A DNA stretch of 64,000 bases from Deltaproteobacteria bacterium. Its GTDB lineage: Bacteria; Myxococcota_A; UBA796; SXON01. Positions within the stretch are counted from its first letter, which is position 1. Every line of letters begins with the position of its first letter. This document shows positions 36,394 through 48,908 of the stretch, piece by piece. The stretch is taken from the NCBI GenBank assembly GCA_947490345.1, contig CANLGL010000005.1, positions 50,314 through 114,313 of the forward strand. The letters run 5' to 3'. The notes under the pieces are model-generated. The model did not search any database and was not told the DNA's origin. It saw nothing but the letters and a program-made list of their open reading frames with translations. The position numbers and the translations under genes were made by a program.

Positions 36394-39047
36394 CAGAGAC
36401 CTCCGCCAAAGAACAGGTAGACACGACCGTCACCCACCGCGCTCGGCGCGCCGACGCCGACGTCGGCAAAGCCGTCGCCATCGACGTCACCGACACCTCC
36501 GACACCCTCGCCGGCATTGTCGCTCATCGACTCGCCGACGAAGGTGACGTCGGCCGTGGCAAGGTCCAGACTGCCAAAGCTCGCGGCGCCGTACAAGAGC
36601 CACGCAGCACCGGAATTGCCCCCACCGCCGTCGGCGTAAGGCGCGCCCACCAGCACGTCGAAAAGCCCGTCCCCGTCGGCGTCGCCGACACCGGCCACCG
36701 CCGAACCGGCGCCATCCCCCGCATCGAGGGAGGCGAGCCGGGCGTCTGCCCCGTCGAGCGCGCGATCGGCAACCGTCGTCGCGCCGAACATGATGTAGGC
36801 CTCGCCAGCATCGACGCCCCCTGCGTCGGAGTCTGGTGCGCCCACAACGATGTCGCCGAAGCCATCCCCGTTGAGGTCGTCAGCGCCCGCAACTGCCCAC
36901 CCGGCCGCGTCCCCGCTGAAGGCTGCCGAGTAGGCCGCATCGGCGTCAACGTCAAGATCGAGGTCCCCGGAGCGGCCGCCAACCACCAGCCACGCCCGAT
37001 CCGCGGCGGCATCGCCGACGAGCGCCTCGTCCAATCCGTCGCCATCGAAGTCGGGGACCACGGCCAACGCGGGGGCGCCAACCACGCCACCCGTCCAGGT
37101 CGAGACCAGGCCCAGCGTTGCATCGAAGGTGCGAACGAACCCCACCCCGGAGGCGAGCACCTCCGCTGCGAGCCCGTCGCCGTCGAAGTCTCCGGGGCCG
37201 GCGAGGGCGGAGCCGAGCTGCTCACCCTCGTCGCCCAGGACCGAGGCGCCCGCGGCCCCGACCGAGGCGTCAGCCGCGAGATCGCCGGCGAAGAGGTAGA
37301 CCGCGCCCGCGTCGGCGTCAGCGTCCGGCGCGCCCGCGAGCAGGTCGGCCACCCCGTCGCCATCCATGTCCCCGACCCCGGCCAGCCCCTCGCCCAGCGC
37401 GTCGGCGCCCGTCCCCGTGAGGGTGGGCCAGTCCGAAGCGAAGCCATCGACCAACCCGACGCCTCGCACGAGGTACACCTGACCCGCAAGCAGCGCGCTC
37501 ACCGCGAAGTCATCCTTCCCGTCGCTGTCGACATCGCCCAGGGCAGCAAAGCTGAGACCGAGCCCAGCAAAGGCATCCCCCTTCAGCGTGGCGTCGGCGT
37601 CGAAGAGGTCGAGGCTCCCTGCCAGGCGGCAGTTGGGATCCACGCTGTCGCAGTCGTAGTCGAGACCGTCCTCGCAAACCTCGGCGCGATCCGTCCACAT
37701 CGCCGCGTCCGTGTCGTCGCAGTCCTCGGCATTGTCAGCCCACTCGGTCCCGAGGTCGCAGCGGGTGCCGGCCAGCGCCGGATCACCGCGATTGTCGCCG
37801 TCGGCATCGAACCACGCATCGGACTTGCCGGAGGAGTCGGCGTCGGCGTCTTCTTTGAGCGAATCGCAGTCTTCGTCCTCGTTGCTGACGTCGCACCGCT
37901 CCGGCGCTCCCGGGTAGATGTCGTCGTCCCCGTCGTCGCAGTCGCCGTCGACGAGCGCTTCCTCGGCGGTGGGGAAGCAGACTTCATAGGCGACGCCGTC
38001 GCCGTAACCATCCTCGTCGAAGTCGAACCACACCGTCGTGAGGTCGTTCGCCTCGTCGTCGTCGACGCCGTCGCAGTCGTCGTCCTGGTGATTGCAGCTC
38101 TCCGGCGCGTCCGGGAAGACCTGGTCGTCGTCGTCGTCGCAGTCGTCGGCGTTGGCGACGCGCCCAGCGGGCTGGGCGCAGGAGGCGAAACGGTCATCCT
38201 CGTCGCCGAAGCCGTCGCCATCTTTGTCGGCGTACCAGCCGGACGCGTCCACGGCGCCTTCGTCGATGATTGCGTCGCAGTCGTCGTCCACCTCGTTGCA
38301 GCGCTCCGTGCCCGCAGGGTGAACACCCCCAGACCCATCGTCACAGTCGTCGCCACCGTACTGCACGTCCAGATAGCCATCGTTGTCGAGATCGCCATTG
38401 ACGACATCAAAGCCGATGGTGCTGCCGGACTCAGCCCCGAGCGGATCCATCACGGTGAGCCCGATGGTCCAATGGGTGATGGCAAGCGACTCCAACTCGA
38501 AGCTGACGTCGCCAGACTCGGAGAGTTCGCGCGGAAGGCCAGCGACGCCCTGAACAGCGCTTCCAGTCCACTCCAGGGTGAGTCGGGTGTCCTCCAGCGG
38601 GTCGGGATCGGCGATGGTGACGGTCACCGGCAGCGCGGAACCGGCGGCGTAGCGCCCGCCCTCCACCGGCGCAGACCAGGTGATCGTCGGGGCGACGTCG
38701 TCGTGGACGAGGAGTTGAAGGTCGGCGCTGTCGCTTTCCCCGAGGTGGTCCACCACCCGCACCGTGACGGTGGGTTCGCCCCGCGGAAGCGCGCCCACGG
38801 TCGTCAGGATGACCCTGCCGGTGTCGCCATCGACCTCCACATCGCCGGCCACCGCGCTGCCGTCCGCCAACTCGAAGGTGACGGTGATCTGGCCGACCGG
38901 GTCGTAGTCGTCGTCGACGTCGACGACGAAGAGGACCTGGCCGGTGTAGCTGACCAGGGCACCGGACTCGGGCGCGACAAACTCGACGGTGGGCGCCTCA
39001 TTGAGGAAGGCCAACTGGCCACAGCCCGCCAACACCAGGATCAACAT
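36393..39047 (-). CDS. lipoprotein with Ig-like N-terminal modules, MopE-like Cys/Asp repeats and C-terminal FG-GAP (integrin-alpha-like) repeats
   Basis: From ATG 39047 the product is MLILVLAGC, which has a lipobox. CDDxD...CNxxDDDCD repeats are present. The FG-GAP calcium loops are GDVDGDGFADVGVGAP, GDADGDGLFDVLVGAP and DDLNGDGFGDIVVGAP. Confidence 0.8.
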   Translation of the reverse strand: MLILVLAGCGQLAFLNEAPTVEFVAPESGALVSYTGQVLFVVDVDDDYDPVGQITVTFELADGSAVAGDVEVDGDTGRVILTTVGALPRGEPTVTVRVVDHLGESDSADLQLLVHDDVAPTITWSAPVEGGRYAAGSALPVTVTIADPDPLEDTRLTLEWTGSAVQGVAGLPRELSESGDVSFELESLAITHWTIGLTVMDPLGAESGSTIGFDVVNGDLDNDGYLDVQYGGDDCDDGSGGVHPAGTERCNEVDDDCDAIIDEGAVDASGWYADKDGDGFGDEDDRFASCAQPAGRVANADDCDDDDDQVFPDAPESCNHQDDDCDGVDDDEANDLTTVWFDFDEDGYGDGVAYEVCFPTAEEALVDGDCDDGDDDIYPGAPERCDVSNEDEDCDSLKEDADADSSGKSDAWFDADGDNRGDPALAGTRCDLGTEWADNAEDCDDTDAAMWTDRAEVCEDGLDYDCDSVDPNCRLAGSLDLFDADATLKGDAFAGLGLSFAALGDVDSDGKDDFAVSALLAGQVYLVRGVGLVDGFASDWPTLTGTGADALGEGLAGVGDMDGDGVADLLAGAPDADADAGAVYLFAGDLAADASVGAAGASVLGDEGEQLGSALAGPGDFDGDGLAAEVLASGVGFVRTFDATLGLVSTWTGGVVGAPALAVVPDFDGDGLDEALVGDAAADRAWLVVGGRSGDLDLDVDADAAYSAAFSGDAAGWAVAGADDLNGDGFGDIVVGAPDSDAGGVDAGEAYIMFGATTVADRALDGADARLASLDAGDGAGSAVAGVGDADGDGLFDVLVGAPYADGGGGNSGAAWLLYGAASFGSLDLATADVTFVGESMSDNAGEGVGGVGDVDGDGFADVGVGAPSAVGDGRVYLFFGGGL

Positions 39048-39077
39048 CCCGTCGAGCTTACCGCGTATAGTCCCGCG

Positions 39078-41450
39078 ATGCTGCTTCTGGCGCTCTCCGC
39101 TTGCGACCCCGATGGCCTTGCCACGACCCAGAGTTGGGAAGACACCGATGGCGCCGTGCTCGAGGCCGCGCCGGCTGGCCTCGTCTGGACTCAGTCCGAC
39201 GGGACCGCCCACTCGGTGTCGTTTCTGCTGGTTGAGGCTGGGAGTCCGGACTTCGCCGCCTGTAGTTACGACCCCTGGTGGCTATACGACGAGCGGGCTG
39301 CCGCGGGCACCCTCGCCAGCGCGGGCTTCGAGGCCGATGTCAGCGAGCGCTGCAACGGCGGCCTCGACTTTCGCAGCTCGACCGGACTGGAAGGAAACAC
39401 GGTGTACTTCGAGGGCGACCGCACCGCGATCCTCGAGGTGGACACCGAGGGCCCGGGTCTCCGCATGAGCCTCGTGGCGGACGAGGCGGACGGGGTCGTC
39501 CCGTGGCTCGGCATCGTGGTCGGCACCACCGAGAGCGAGGCCTTCTACGGCCTCGGCGAGACCTTCGACAGCATCCTGCATCGCGGCCACGTCCGGCCGA
39601 TGCAGATCGAGATCGAGATCGCGCGGGAGAGCGGCTACAACGAGGTCCACGTCCCGGTGCCGCTCCTCGTTTCCAGCGCAAGTTGGGGAATGTTGGTCGA
39701 CAGCTTCCGGCCCGGTGTCTTCGACGTCGCAGCGACCCGGCCGGACGCGGTGACCGCGCTCTTCGAGCAGGAGGGTGAGGGCCTCACCGTCGACCTGTAC
39801 GCGCCGCCAACCCCAGGCGAAGTCACCGGGCGCTACTGGGAGCGCACCGGCGCACCGGAGGTCCCCCCCCACTGGGCCTTCGCTCCCCTCCACTGGCGCA
39901 ACGCCAACGTAAGCGGCGAAGAAGTTCTCGAAGACGCCCGGACCATGCGCGCGCTGGGCGTCGCGACCGGGGTGATGTGGGTGGATAACCCCTGGCAGAG
40001 CGCCTACAACTCGATGCAACCGGATTCCGCGACCTTTCCAGACTGGGACGGGATGGTGGACGAGCTCCACGCCCTGGGCTTCCGGTTCATGGCGTGGACC
40101 ACCCCGTATGTCGAGGACACGGATCCAGAACACGCGTGGTACGAAGCGGAAGGTTGGCTGGTGCAAGACCAACTCCTCTTCTCGGACTTCGGCGATCTGG
40201 TGGAGCTGACCAACCCCGACGCCGCGGAGGCCTGGGCCGGCCGGGTGTCCGCCGCGCGCGACCGCGGGATCGAAGGCTGGAAGCTGGACTATGGCGAGGA
40301 TGTGCAACTCGGGCTGTTCGGTTCGCGCCTGAAGTGGTCGTTCGCCAACGGGGAGGACGAACGAACCATGCATCACCAGTTCGCGACGTACTACCACGAG
40401 CCCTACGTCACTCCCTACGACGAAGCCGGGATGCTCCTGGGCCGCGCCGGCGTCATGGGCGGCCAGACCGTGACCGACGTCATCTGGCCAGGCGACCTCG
40501 ACAACGGGTTCGAGCGCTGGGACGATGTGGAGGACGATCAGCTCCTCGTCGGGGGGCTCGTCTCGGCGATCCACGGCGGCACCGGCCTGTCCGTCAGCGG
40601 CTACCCCTTCTACGCCAGCGACACCGGCGGCTACCGCGGCGGCCGCCCGACCAAAGAGTCCTTCATCCGCTGGATGGAGTACGCCGCCATCCTGCCCATC
40701 TGGCAGTACGGCGGCGCGGGCCACAACCACAACCCCTGGGACTTCACCGCGTACGACGACAGCCAGTTCGACCAGGAGACCCTCGATACCTTCCTCCGCT
40801 ACGCCGAGCTGCACACGCGCCTGTGGCCCTACTACCAAAACCAGGTCACGACGATGCTCGAGACGGGCGTGCCGATCGTGCTCCCTCAGGGGCTCCGCGA
40901 GCCCGATGGTGGCGCGCATTCGGAGACGGACTTCTTCGTCGGCCACGCGCTCTTCGTCGGGACCGTCATCGACGCCGGGCAATCGAGTTGGCACGGCGCG
41001 CTGCCCGCTGGCGAGTGGGTGCACTGGTGGAGCGGTGAGCTGCTCTCGGGCGAGGTGGTGGTCCCCGCTCCCCTCGGCGAGGGGCCGCTGTTTCAGCGGG
41101 TCGGCAGCGTCGTCCCGCTCTTGCGGCGGGGCATCGACACCCTGGCCCCGGCGACCGTGGACGGCGTCGAGTCCTGGGCCAACGACCCCGGTCAGCTCAA
41201 CGCGCGGATCGTACCGGGGCTGGGCGCGAAGACCTCGACCGAAGACGGCGCCACCATTGGGGCGGAGTCGGCCGGAACGGTCACGCTCAACGCTGGCAGC
41301 GCCTTCCTCGGCTGGGACGTGGAGGTGTACGCGCCCGGCGCTTCCGTCGTCGAAGCTGACGGCAGCGTGCTTTCAGTGGGGGTGGAGTACACCACGCCGT
41401 GGGTGCGAGTGACGCTGCCGGCGGGGAATCACGTGCTGTCGGTGCGCTGA
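39078..41450 (+). CDS. glycoside hydrolase family 31 lipoprotein
   Basis: From ATG 39078 the product is MLLLALSAC. GIEGWKLDYGED is in a YicI-type nucleophile context, alongside WPGDLDNGF and GYPFYASDTGGY. The upstream part of the 1120-aa ORF is antisense to the FG-GAP gene. Confidence 0.8.
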   Translation: MLLLALSACDPDGLATTQSWEDTDGAVLEAAPAGLVWTQSDGTAHSVSFLLVEAGSPDFAACSYDPWWLYDERAAAGTLASAGFEADVSERCNGGLDFRSSTGLEGNTVYFEGDRTAILEVDTEGPGLRMSLVADEADGVVPWLGIVVGTTESEAFYGLGETFDSILHRGHVRPMQIEIEIARESGYNEVHVPVPLLVSSASWGMLVDSFRPGVFDVAATRPDAVTALFEQEGEGLTVDLYAPPTPGEVTGRYWERTGAPEVPPHWAFAPLHWRNANVSGEEVLEDARTMRALGVATGVMWVDNPWQSAYNSMQPDSATFPDWDGMVDELHALGFRFMAWTTPYVEDTDPEHAWYEAEGWLVQDQLLFSDFGDLVELTNPDAAEAWAGRVSAARDRGIEGWKLDYGEDVQLGLFGSRLKWSFANGEDERTMHHQFATYYHEPYVTPYDEAGMLLGRAGVMGGQTVTDVIWPGDLDNGFERWDDVEDDQLLVGGLVSAIHGGTGLSVSGYPFYASDTGGYRGGRPTKESFIRWMEYAAILPIWQYGGAGHNHNPWDFTAYDDSQFDQETLDTFLRYAELHTRLWPYYQNQVTTMLETGVPIVLPQGLREPDGGAHSETDFFVGHALFVGTVIDAGQSSWHGALPAGEWVHWWSGELLSGEVVVPAPLGEGPLFQRVGSVVPLLRRGIDTLAPATVDGVESWANDPGQLNARIVPGLGAKTSTEDGATIGAESAGTVTLNAGSAFLGWDVEVYAPGASVVEADGSVLSVGVEYTTPWVRVTLPAGNHVLSVR

Positions 41451-41456
41451 GCGCCC

Positions 41457-42005
41457 CTACGCCTCGCCCCCCGCCTCCGTGTACACCCCGATGACGACCC
41501 GCGCGGGGCGGATGAGCTGGCGTCCGTTCCGGAACCCGGTCGAAAAAACGCGGAGGACCGTATTGTCGGACTCGAGGTCCGCCACCGGCTCGCTGTGAAT
41601 CGCCTCGTGCATGGAGGGGTCGAAGCGCTCCCCCTCGCGGCCCACCTCTTCGAGGCCGAGGGCCTTGAGCGCAGTGATGAATTGCTGGTGCACCATCATC
41701 AGCCCTGCGGCGGCGTCAGGCGCGAGCGCGTGGAGCGGGTGGATGGAGCGGTGCAGGTTCTCGACGGGCTCGAAGAGCGCGGCGACGACCTCCCCGCGCC
41801 GAATCTCTTCGCGCAGCGCCGAGTTGCGCTCCAACCGGGTCTTGGTGGCCTCGATCTCGTCCGACTTCTGCTTGTAGGCGGCGCTGACCGTGCGCAAGCG
41901 CCCTTCCAGCTCCACTACCTGAGCGGCGAGACGCACCTCGATGGAGTCGTCGAGTTCGTCAATACCGCTGTCGGATTTCGTCACGCCGTCCTGTTCGCCG
42001 CTCAT
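41457..42005 (-). CDS. grpE: nucleotide exchange factor GrpE
   Basis: From ATG 42005 (MSGEQDG). A coiled-coil N-terminus, then ERFDPSMHEAI and GFRNGRQLIRPARVVIG. Confidence 0.85.
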   Translation of the reverse strand: MSGEQDGVTKSDSGIDELDDSIEVRLAAQVVELEGRLRTVSAAYKQKSDEIEATKTRLERNSALREEIRRGEVVAALFEPVENLHRSIHPLHALAPDAAAGLMMVHQQFITALKALGLEEVGREGERFDPSMHEAIHSEPVADLESDNTVLRVFSTGFRNGRQLIRPARVVIGVYTEAGGEA

Positions 42006-42069
42006 CTGCCATGCCTCGTGCGCGGCCGGGAGGATACGCACCCGGCCGCCTCCGTCAAGGTAAGCAATC

Positions 42070-43452
42070 GTGGAACGCCAGAACCGACTCCTCTCCATCC
42101 TCTCCGTCATCCTCCTGGTCGTCGTGGCCGTCATCGTGCTCGACTGGCAACGTTTGGCCGACGAACCCAAGGACCTCGACGCTCCGCCCAGCCGGGATCT
42201 CTTCGCGTTTGAGTCCGAAGCCATCAGCCGGGTCAGCGTAAAACGCGCCGACGGCGAGCTGCTCTTCGAGCGGGAAGAGGGGCAATGGAAGATGACCAAG
42301 CCCGTGGTCGCCCTGGCAAAAGGGTCGTCTGTCGAGGCGATCATCGACCGGTTGGCGGCCGTCAGGATCGAAGATGCGGTGATGAGCGGTCCCGACGCCG
42401 ACTACGGCCTGGATGAGGCCAAGCGCACTGAGCTTCGCCTTGAAAAGGACGACGGCACCGCGTTCACCGTGTACATCGGCAAGGACACACCGGTCGGCTA
42501 CAAGAGTTTTGCCCAGGTGCCTGGGGACCCCGGCACCCATCTGCTCGACAACCAGCTCGCCACTCTGCTCGAAAAGGGTCCCGACGACTTCCGCAGCAAG
42601 GACGTCCTCGCGTTCTCGCCCGGCAGCGTCGATCGCATCCGCATCGTGGCCGGCGCGGTGGAAACGGTACTCCGTAAGGACGACACTGGCTGGTGGCTCG
42701 GAGACACCGGGCCGCGTGCCGACGGCAAGCGTGTCGCCGACTGGATGTCGGCGATGAGCCTGCTCAAGGCCGATCGTTTCCTCGACGGGCAGGAGCCGGC
42801 CGCACTTGGCCTCGACAACCCGGCGCTGCTCGTCGCGGTCAAGGACGCCGGCGGCACGCATACGCTCCGTGTCGGGGCCGCGGACGGCGATGGTGCCAAC
42901 GCTGCCGCTGCCGACGTCGCCTTCCGAATCGCCGCTGCCGACCTTGACAAACTCAACCCGGGCGAGCCGTGGGCGTCTGCCCGCCTCGTCGACACCCAGA
43001 GCTGGAAGGTCGACCGCGTCGTCGTCAAGCTGGGAGACCAGAGCTTCGAGGCCTCCCGCAAAGACGGCGCCTGGCAAAAGCCAGACGGCACCGCCGTGGA
43101 GACGGCGGACACCCTCATCGACGCCATCTTGGACCTGGCGGTCGATCGCTCTGGAAGCCCGACGATGGCGGGCTCCTGGGGCCGCGTGGAGCTGGGGCTC
43201 GGCGCCGAAAAGCTCGTCGTGGCGATCGGCGACGCCAGCCCGGACGGCGCGCGGGTGGCCAAGGAGGAGGCCGGCGGTCCGGCGTTCTCGATCCCGGCGG
43301 CCAGCCTCACCCTAATCAAGGACGGCGTCGACGGGAAGCTGCCCGAGAAGGCCCCGGCCACGCCGGACTTCGGTGGGATGGAAGGGCTGGAAGGGCTCGG
43401 GATGGGGGGAAGCCCCGAGGAGATTTTGAAACAGCTGCAGCAGGGGCGGTAG
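42070..43452 (+). CDS. DUF4340-like membrane-anchored protein
   Basis: N-terminal TM segment LLSILSVILLVVVAVIVL. The repeated beta-rich modules and overall pattern recall DUF4340, from memory. Confidence 0.6.
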   Translation: MERQNRLLSILSVILLVVVAVIVLDWQRLADEPKDLDAPPSRDLFAFESEAISRVSVKRADGELLFEREEGQWKMTKPVVALAKGSSVEAIIDRLAAVRIEDAVMSGPDADYGLDEAKRTELRLEKDDGTAFTVYIGKDTPVGYKSFAQVPGDPGTHLLDNQLATLLEKGPDDFRSKDVLAFSPGSVDRIRIVAGAVETVLRKDDTGWWLGDTGPRADGKRVADWMSAMSLLKADRFLDGQEPAALGLDNPALLVAVKDAGGTHTLRVGAADGDGANAAAADVAFRIAAADLDKLNPGEPWASARLVDTQSWKVDRVVVKLGDQSFEASRKDGAWQKPDGTAVETADTLIDAILDLAVDRSGSPTMAGSWGRVELGLGAEKLVVAIGDASPDGARVAKEEAGGPAFSIPAASLTLIKDGVDGKLPEKAPATPDFGGMEGLEGLGMGGSPEEILKQLQQGR

Positions 43453-43484
43453 GGGCGGCGGACAGCCGGCACCGAGGGGAGCCC

Positions 43485-44246
43485 CTACCCCTCAATCCAA
43501 GCATCGTGACTGAGGAAGAGCTCATTCATTCCGATCCGGGTCGTCAGCGCGATGATGTCTTCGCTTTCCGGCGGATCGAAGGTGGTTTCAGCCCAAAGTA
43601 CCAACAGCCGAAGCGTGGTGTCGCCGGGCTCTTCCAGCCACAGCTCGATCGCGTAGGACTGCTCGATCCGCTCGCCGCCCTCGTCGGCGTCGGCGCCCGC
43701 CTTCATCCAGCCCCGCGAAGCCCGGGCCGCCCGACCGTCATCCAACGCCAAGTCTCGCCAGTCCTTGAACAGGGTGAACGACACCGTCATCGCGACGTTT
43801 TCCTTGATGATCGTATTCTCGGTCCTCAAGAACTCGCACGCGTCCGGGTAGCACTCGTCACCGTCCAGGAAGCTGCGGGTGTAGGCGAGGGCGAAGGGCT
43901 CGACCCCCACCTGGTCCGCCAAAAGCGCGATCGGATCGTGCGCCGCGAGCGGATGCGGAGAGCGCCAAGCGAGAGCCACCGGTACGGTAAGCGAGGGGTC
44001 GCGATCGGGGTGCTCCAGCCCTGCAACCGCGTCACCATCGAGCTCGTCGGGGGTCAACGAGCGGACGGTGACGTCGCCATCGAGGTCCAATTCTTCGGCA
44101 ATCTCCACCTCGAGCTGAGCGAAGGCACGCACCACGATCGCGGGGTCGTCGTCGTCGAAGGCGCCGAGCGCGGCCATGGCCGCGTCGCTGAAGGGTTCAG
44201 AGGCAGCGGGGGGCGGCTCACAGGCCGTGAAAAACAGGGCCAGCAC
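43485..44246 (-). CDS. hypothetical lipoprotein
   Basis: GTG start giving (M)LALFFTAC, which has a lipobox, 2 nt after the stop of the histidine kinase gene. Confidence 0.6.
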   Translation of the reverse strand: MLALFFTACEPPPAASEPFSDAAMAALGAFDDDDPAIVVRAFAQLEVEIAEELDLDGDVTVRSLTPDELDGDAVAGLEHPDRDPSLTVPVALAWRSPHPLAAHDPIALLADQVGVEPFALAYTRSFLDGDECYPDACEFLRTENTIIKENVAMTVSFTLFKDWRDLALDDGRAARASRGWMKAGADADEGGERIEQSYAIELWLEEPGDTTLRLLVLWAETTFDPPESEDIIALTTRIGMNELFLSHDAWIEG

Positions 44247-44248
44247 GG

Positions 44249-46954
<2,706 letters not shown>

Positions 46955-46977
46955 GGGGAGACGGTTAACCCGAGGCG

Positions 46978-47181
46978 ATGGACCTCCCTGAAGATCGCGC
47001 CGACGCCCTGGAATCTCGTGTTGCCTGGCTCGAAAAAAGTCTCGGCGAACTAGACGAGGTGGTCCGCGCCCTCGGCGACGAGTTGCGCCGGGCGAGAGAG
47101 GAGGTGGCGCAGCTCCGCGATGCGCAGGGCGGCGACGGAACCGAGCCTGGCCCCCGCTACGAGGTCCCGCCGCACTATTGA
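46978..47181 (+). CDS. slyX: SlyX family protein
   Basis: 67-aa coiled-coil protein ending in PPHY, the characteristic SlyX C-terminus. Confidence 0.75.
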   Translation: MDLPEDRADALESRVAWLEKSLGELDEVVRALGDELRRAREEVAQLRDAQGGDGTEPGPRYEVPPHY

Positions 47182-47243
47182 GCGGGAAGGCCCCTTCCCC
47201 CCTCGCCCGCGGCGCGGTACCATGCCGGCGATCGAGCGTGCCC

Positions 47244-48578
47244 ATGATCCTGCCCCTGTTCCTCGCCGCGTGCACCGACTACAACCTCAGCACGGGCGAG
47301 CCACCGGTCGGCAAGGACCGCGAGCCCGACGATGAGGAAGAGGTCGAGGAGCCGGGTCCGGATCCTGAGATCGAAGTGACGCCTTCTTCCATCGATTTCG
47401 GCAATGTGCTCCGCGACTGTGACGGCCAGCCGGTCGAGGTCACCATCACCAACAAGGGGGTTGCGGCGCTGCGTGTCCGAGACATCGCCCTAGCGGGGGA
47501 CGCGATCGCGAAGTTCGGCGAGGACGGCGACGAGGTAGAGCTGGCAACGGGCGAGAAGTACAAGTTCGAGGTGCAGTTCACCCCCTCGGCCTACGTCACG
47601 TACGAAGTCGACCTGGAGATCAACTCCAACGATCCTGACGAGGGAATCACCACGGTCCCCGTCATCGGCACCGGAACCTCCGGAAGCATCTACGAGGAGA
47701 GCTTCGAGCAGACTTACATCGACGCGCCGATCGATGTCCTGTGGGTGCTCGACAACTCGGGATCCATGGACGAATCGCTGAGCCGGCTCAACGACCAGCT
47801 CGACCTGTTCATCGGCGCGTTCCTGGCGCTCGGGCTCGACTTCCACATCGGTGTGGTCACCACCGACATGGACAACGGCTCGCAGTCCGGCAAGCTTCAG
47901 GGCTCCCCCACCTACATCGACAGCAGCACCGGCGACCCGGTGGGCAAGTTCCAGGATCGCGCGTCGGTCGGCAGCGGCGGCTCGGGCGACGAAAAGGGCC
48001 TGGACGCCGCCAAAACAGCGATGACCGACCCGCTCTTGAGCGGGGCCAACAGCGGCTTCTTGCGAAGCGACTCGACCATCAGCGTCATCGTGCTGAGCGA
48101 CGAAAACGACAGCTCCAGCATGAACGCCACGGCGTTCACCCGCTGGTTCGAGGGGCTGCGCGCCGACCCCGACCAGACCACCTTCAACGCATTCGTCGGC
48201 GACAGCGGGTTCGGTTGCACGGGTGGCGACATCTGGAAGGGCGATTTCATCGAAGCGGTCGGGGGTGACGTGTACATCGACGTCGCGGCGGACACCGACG
48301 GTTTCTTCGCCAGCATCTGCAGCGAAGACTTCGCCGCTCCGGTCACCAACATGGCCCGCTCCAGCGCCGGCATGAAGTCGACCTTCGAGCTGACCGAGAC
48401 CCCGAGCGACATCAGCCGCATGGAGGTCTACGTCGATGGCAAGGCCACCGACTCCGACGGCATCGACGGCTACACCTACGACGCGGGTGACAACAGCATC
48501 ACCTTCCATGGGGACGCGTTTCCCGACGCCAGCGCCAGCATCGAAGTCTCCTACCCCATCGACGAAAGCTGTAAGTGA
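47244..48578 (+). CDS. VWA domain-containing lipoprotein
   Basis: From ATG 47244 the product is MILPLFLAAC. An Ig-like module is followed by the MIDAS motif VLDNSGSM and the VIVLSDENDSS strand. Confidence 0.8.
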   Translation: MILPLFLAACTDYNLSTGEPPVGKDREPDDEEEVEEPGPDPEIEVTPSSIDFGNVLRDCDGQPVEVTITNKGVAALRVRDIALAGDAIAKFGEDGDEVELATGEKYKFEVQFTPSAYVTYEVDLEINSNDPDEGITTVPVIGTGTSGSIYEESFEQTYIDAPIDVLWVLDNSGSMDESLSRLNDQLDLFIGAFLALGLDFHIGVVTTDMDNGSQSGKLQGSPTYIDSSTGDPVGKFQDRASVGSGGSGDEKGLDAAKTAMTDPLLSGANSGFLRSDSTISVIVLSDENDSSSMNATAFTRWFEGLRADPDQTTFNAFVGDSGFGCTGGDIWKGDFIEAVGGDVYIDVAADTDGFFASICSEDFAAPVTNMARSSAGMKSTFELTETPSDISRMEVYVDGKATDSDGIDGYTYDAGDNSITFHGDAFPDASASIEVSYPIDESCK

Positions 48579-48907
48579 GCGAATATTACAAGCACGACCA
48601 CCTCGCTGGCTTCGGGGGGGTCGCCGCGGCCTCGCCGGAGCTGGGCAAGAAGTTCTTCGATTGGTACGGCGCAGTCTTCGCTGAGGGCGCGCTCAGTGAG
48701 CGAGAAAAGTGCCTCATTGCGCTCGCCGTTGCCCACGCGGTGCAATGTCCGTACTGCATCGACGCCTACACCGGGGAGAGCCTGGCAAAGGGCGCGGATC
48801 TCGAGCAGATGACCGAGGCGCTGATGGTCGCGACCGCGATTCGCGGCGGGGCGACGCTGGTGCATGGAATGCAGATGCTCGAAAAGGCAAAGCAGCTCGG
48901 CGTGTAG
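48575..48907 (+). CDS. AhpD/carboxymuconolactone decarboxylase-like protein of the arsenosugar-biosynthesis-associated peroxidase-like type
   Basis: The GTG start overlaps the VWA stop (GTGA). REKCLIALAVAHAVQCPYCIDAYT is the signature. Confidence 0.8.
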   Translation: MSEYYKHDHLAGFGGVAAASPELGKKFFDWYGAVFAEGALSEREKCLIALAVAHAVQCPYCIDAYTGESLAKGADLEQMTEALMVATAIRGGATLVHGMQMLEKAKQLGV

Positions 48908-48908
48908 C

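Noticed and set aside
40988-41003. TGGCACGGCGCGCTGC, a sigma-54-like -24 element inside the GH31 gene.
   Set aside because: The GC of the would-be -12 element is displaced by one base, it lies inside a coding sequence, and there is no downstream gene start.
42006-42069. Looked for a CIRCE (HrcA) inverted repeat upstream of grpE.
   Set aside because: No TTAGCACTC-N9-GAGTGCTAA-like sequence is present.
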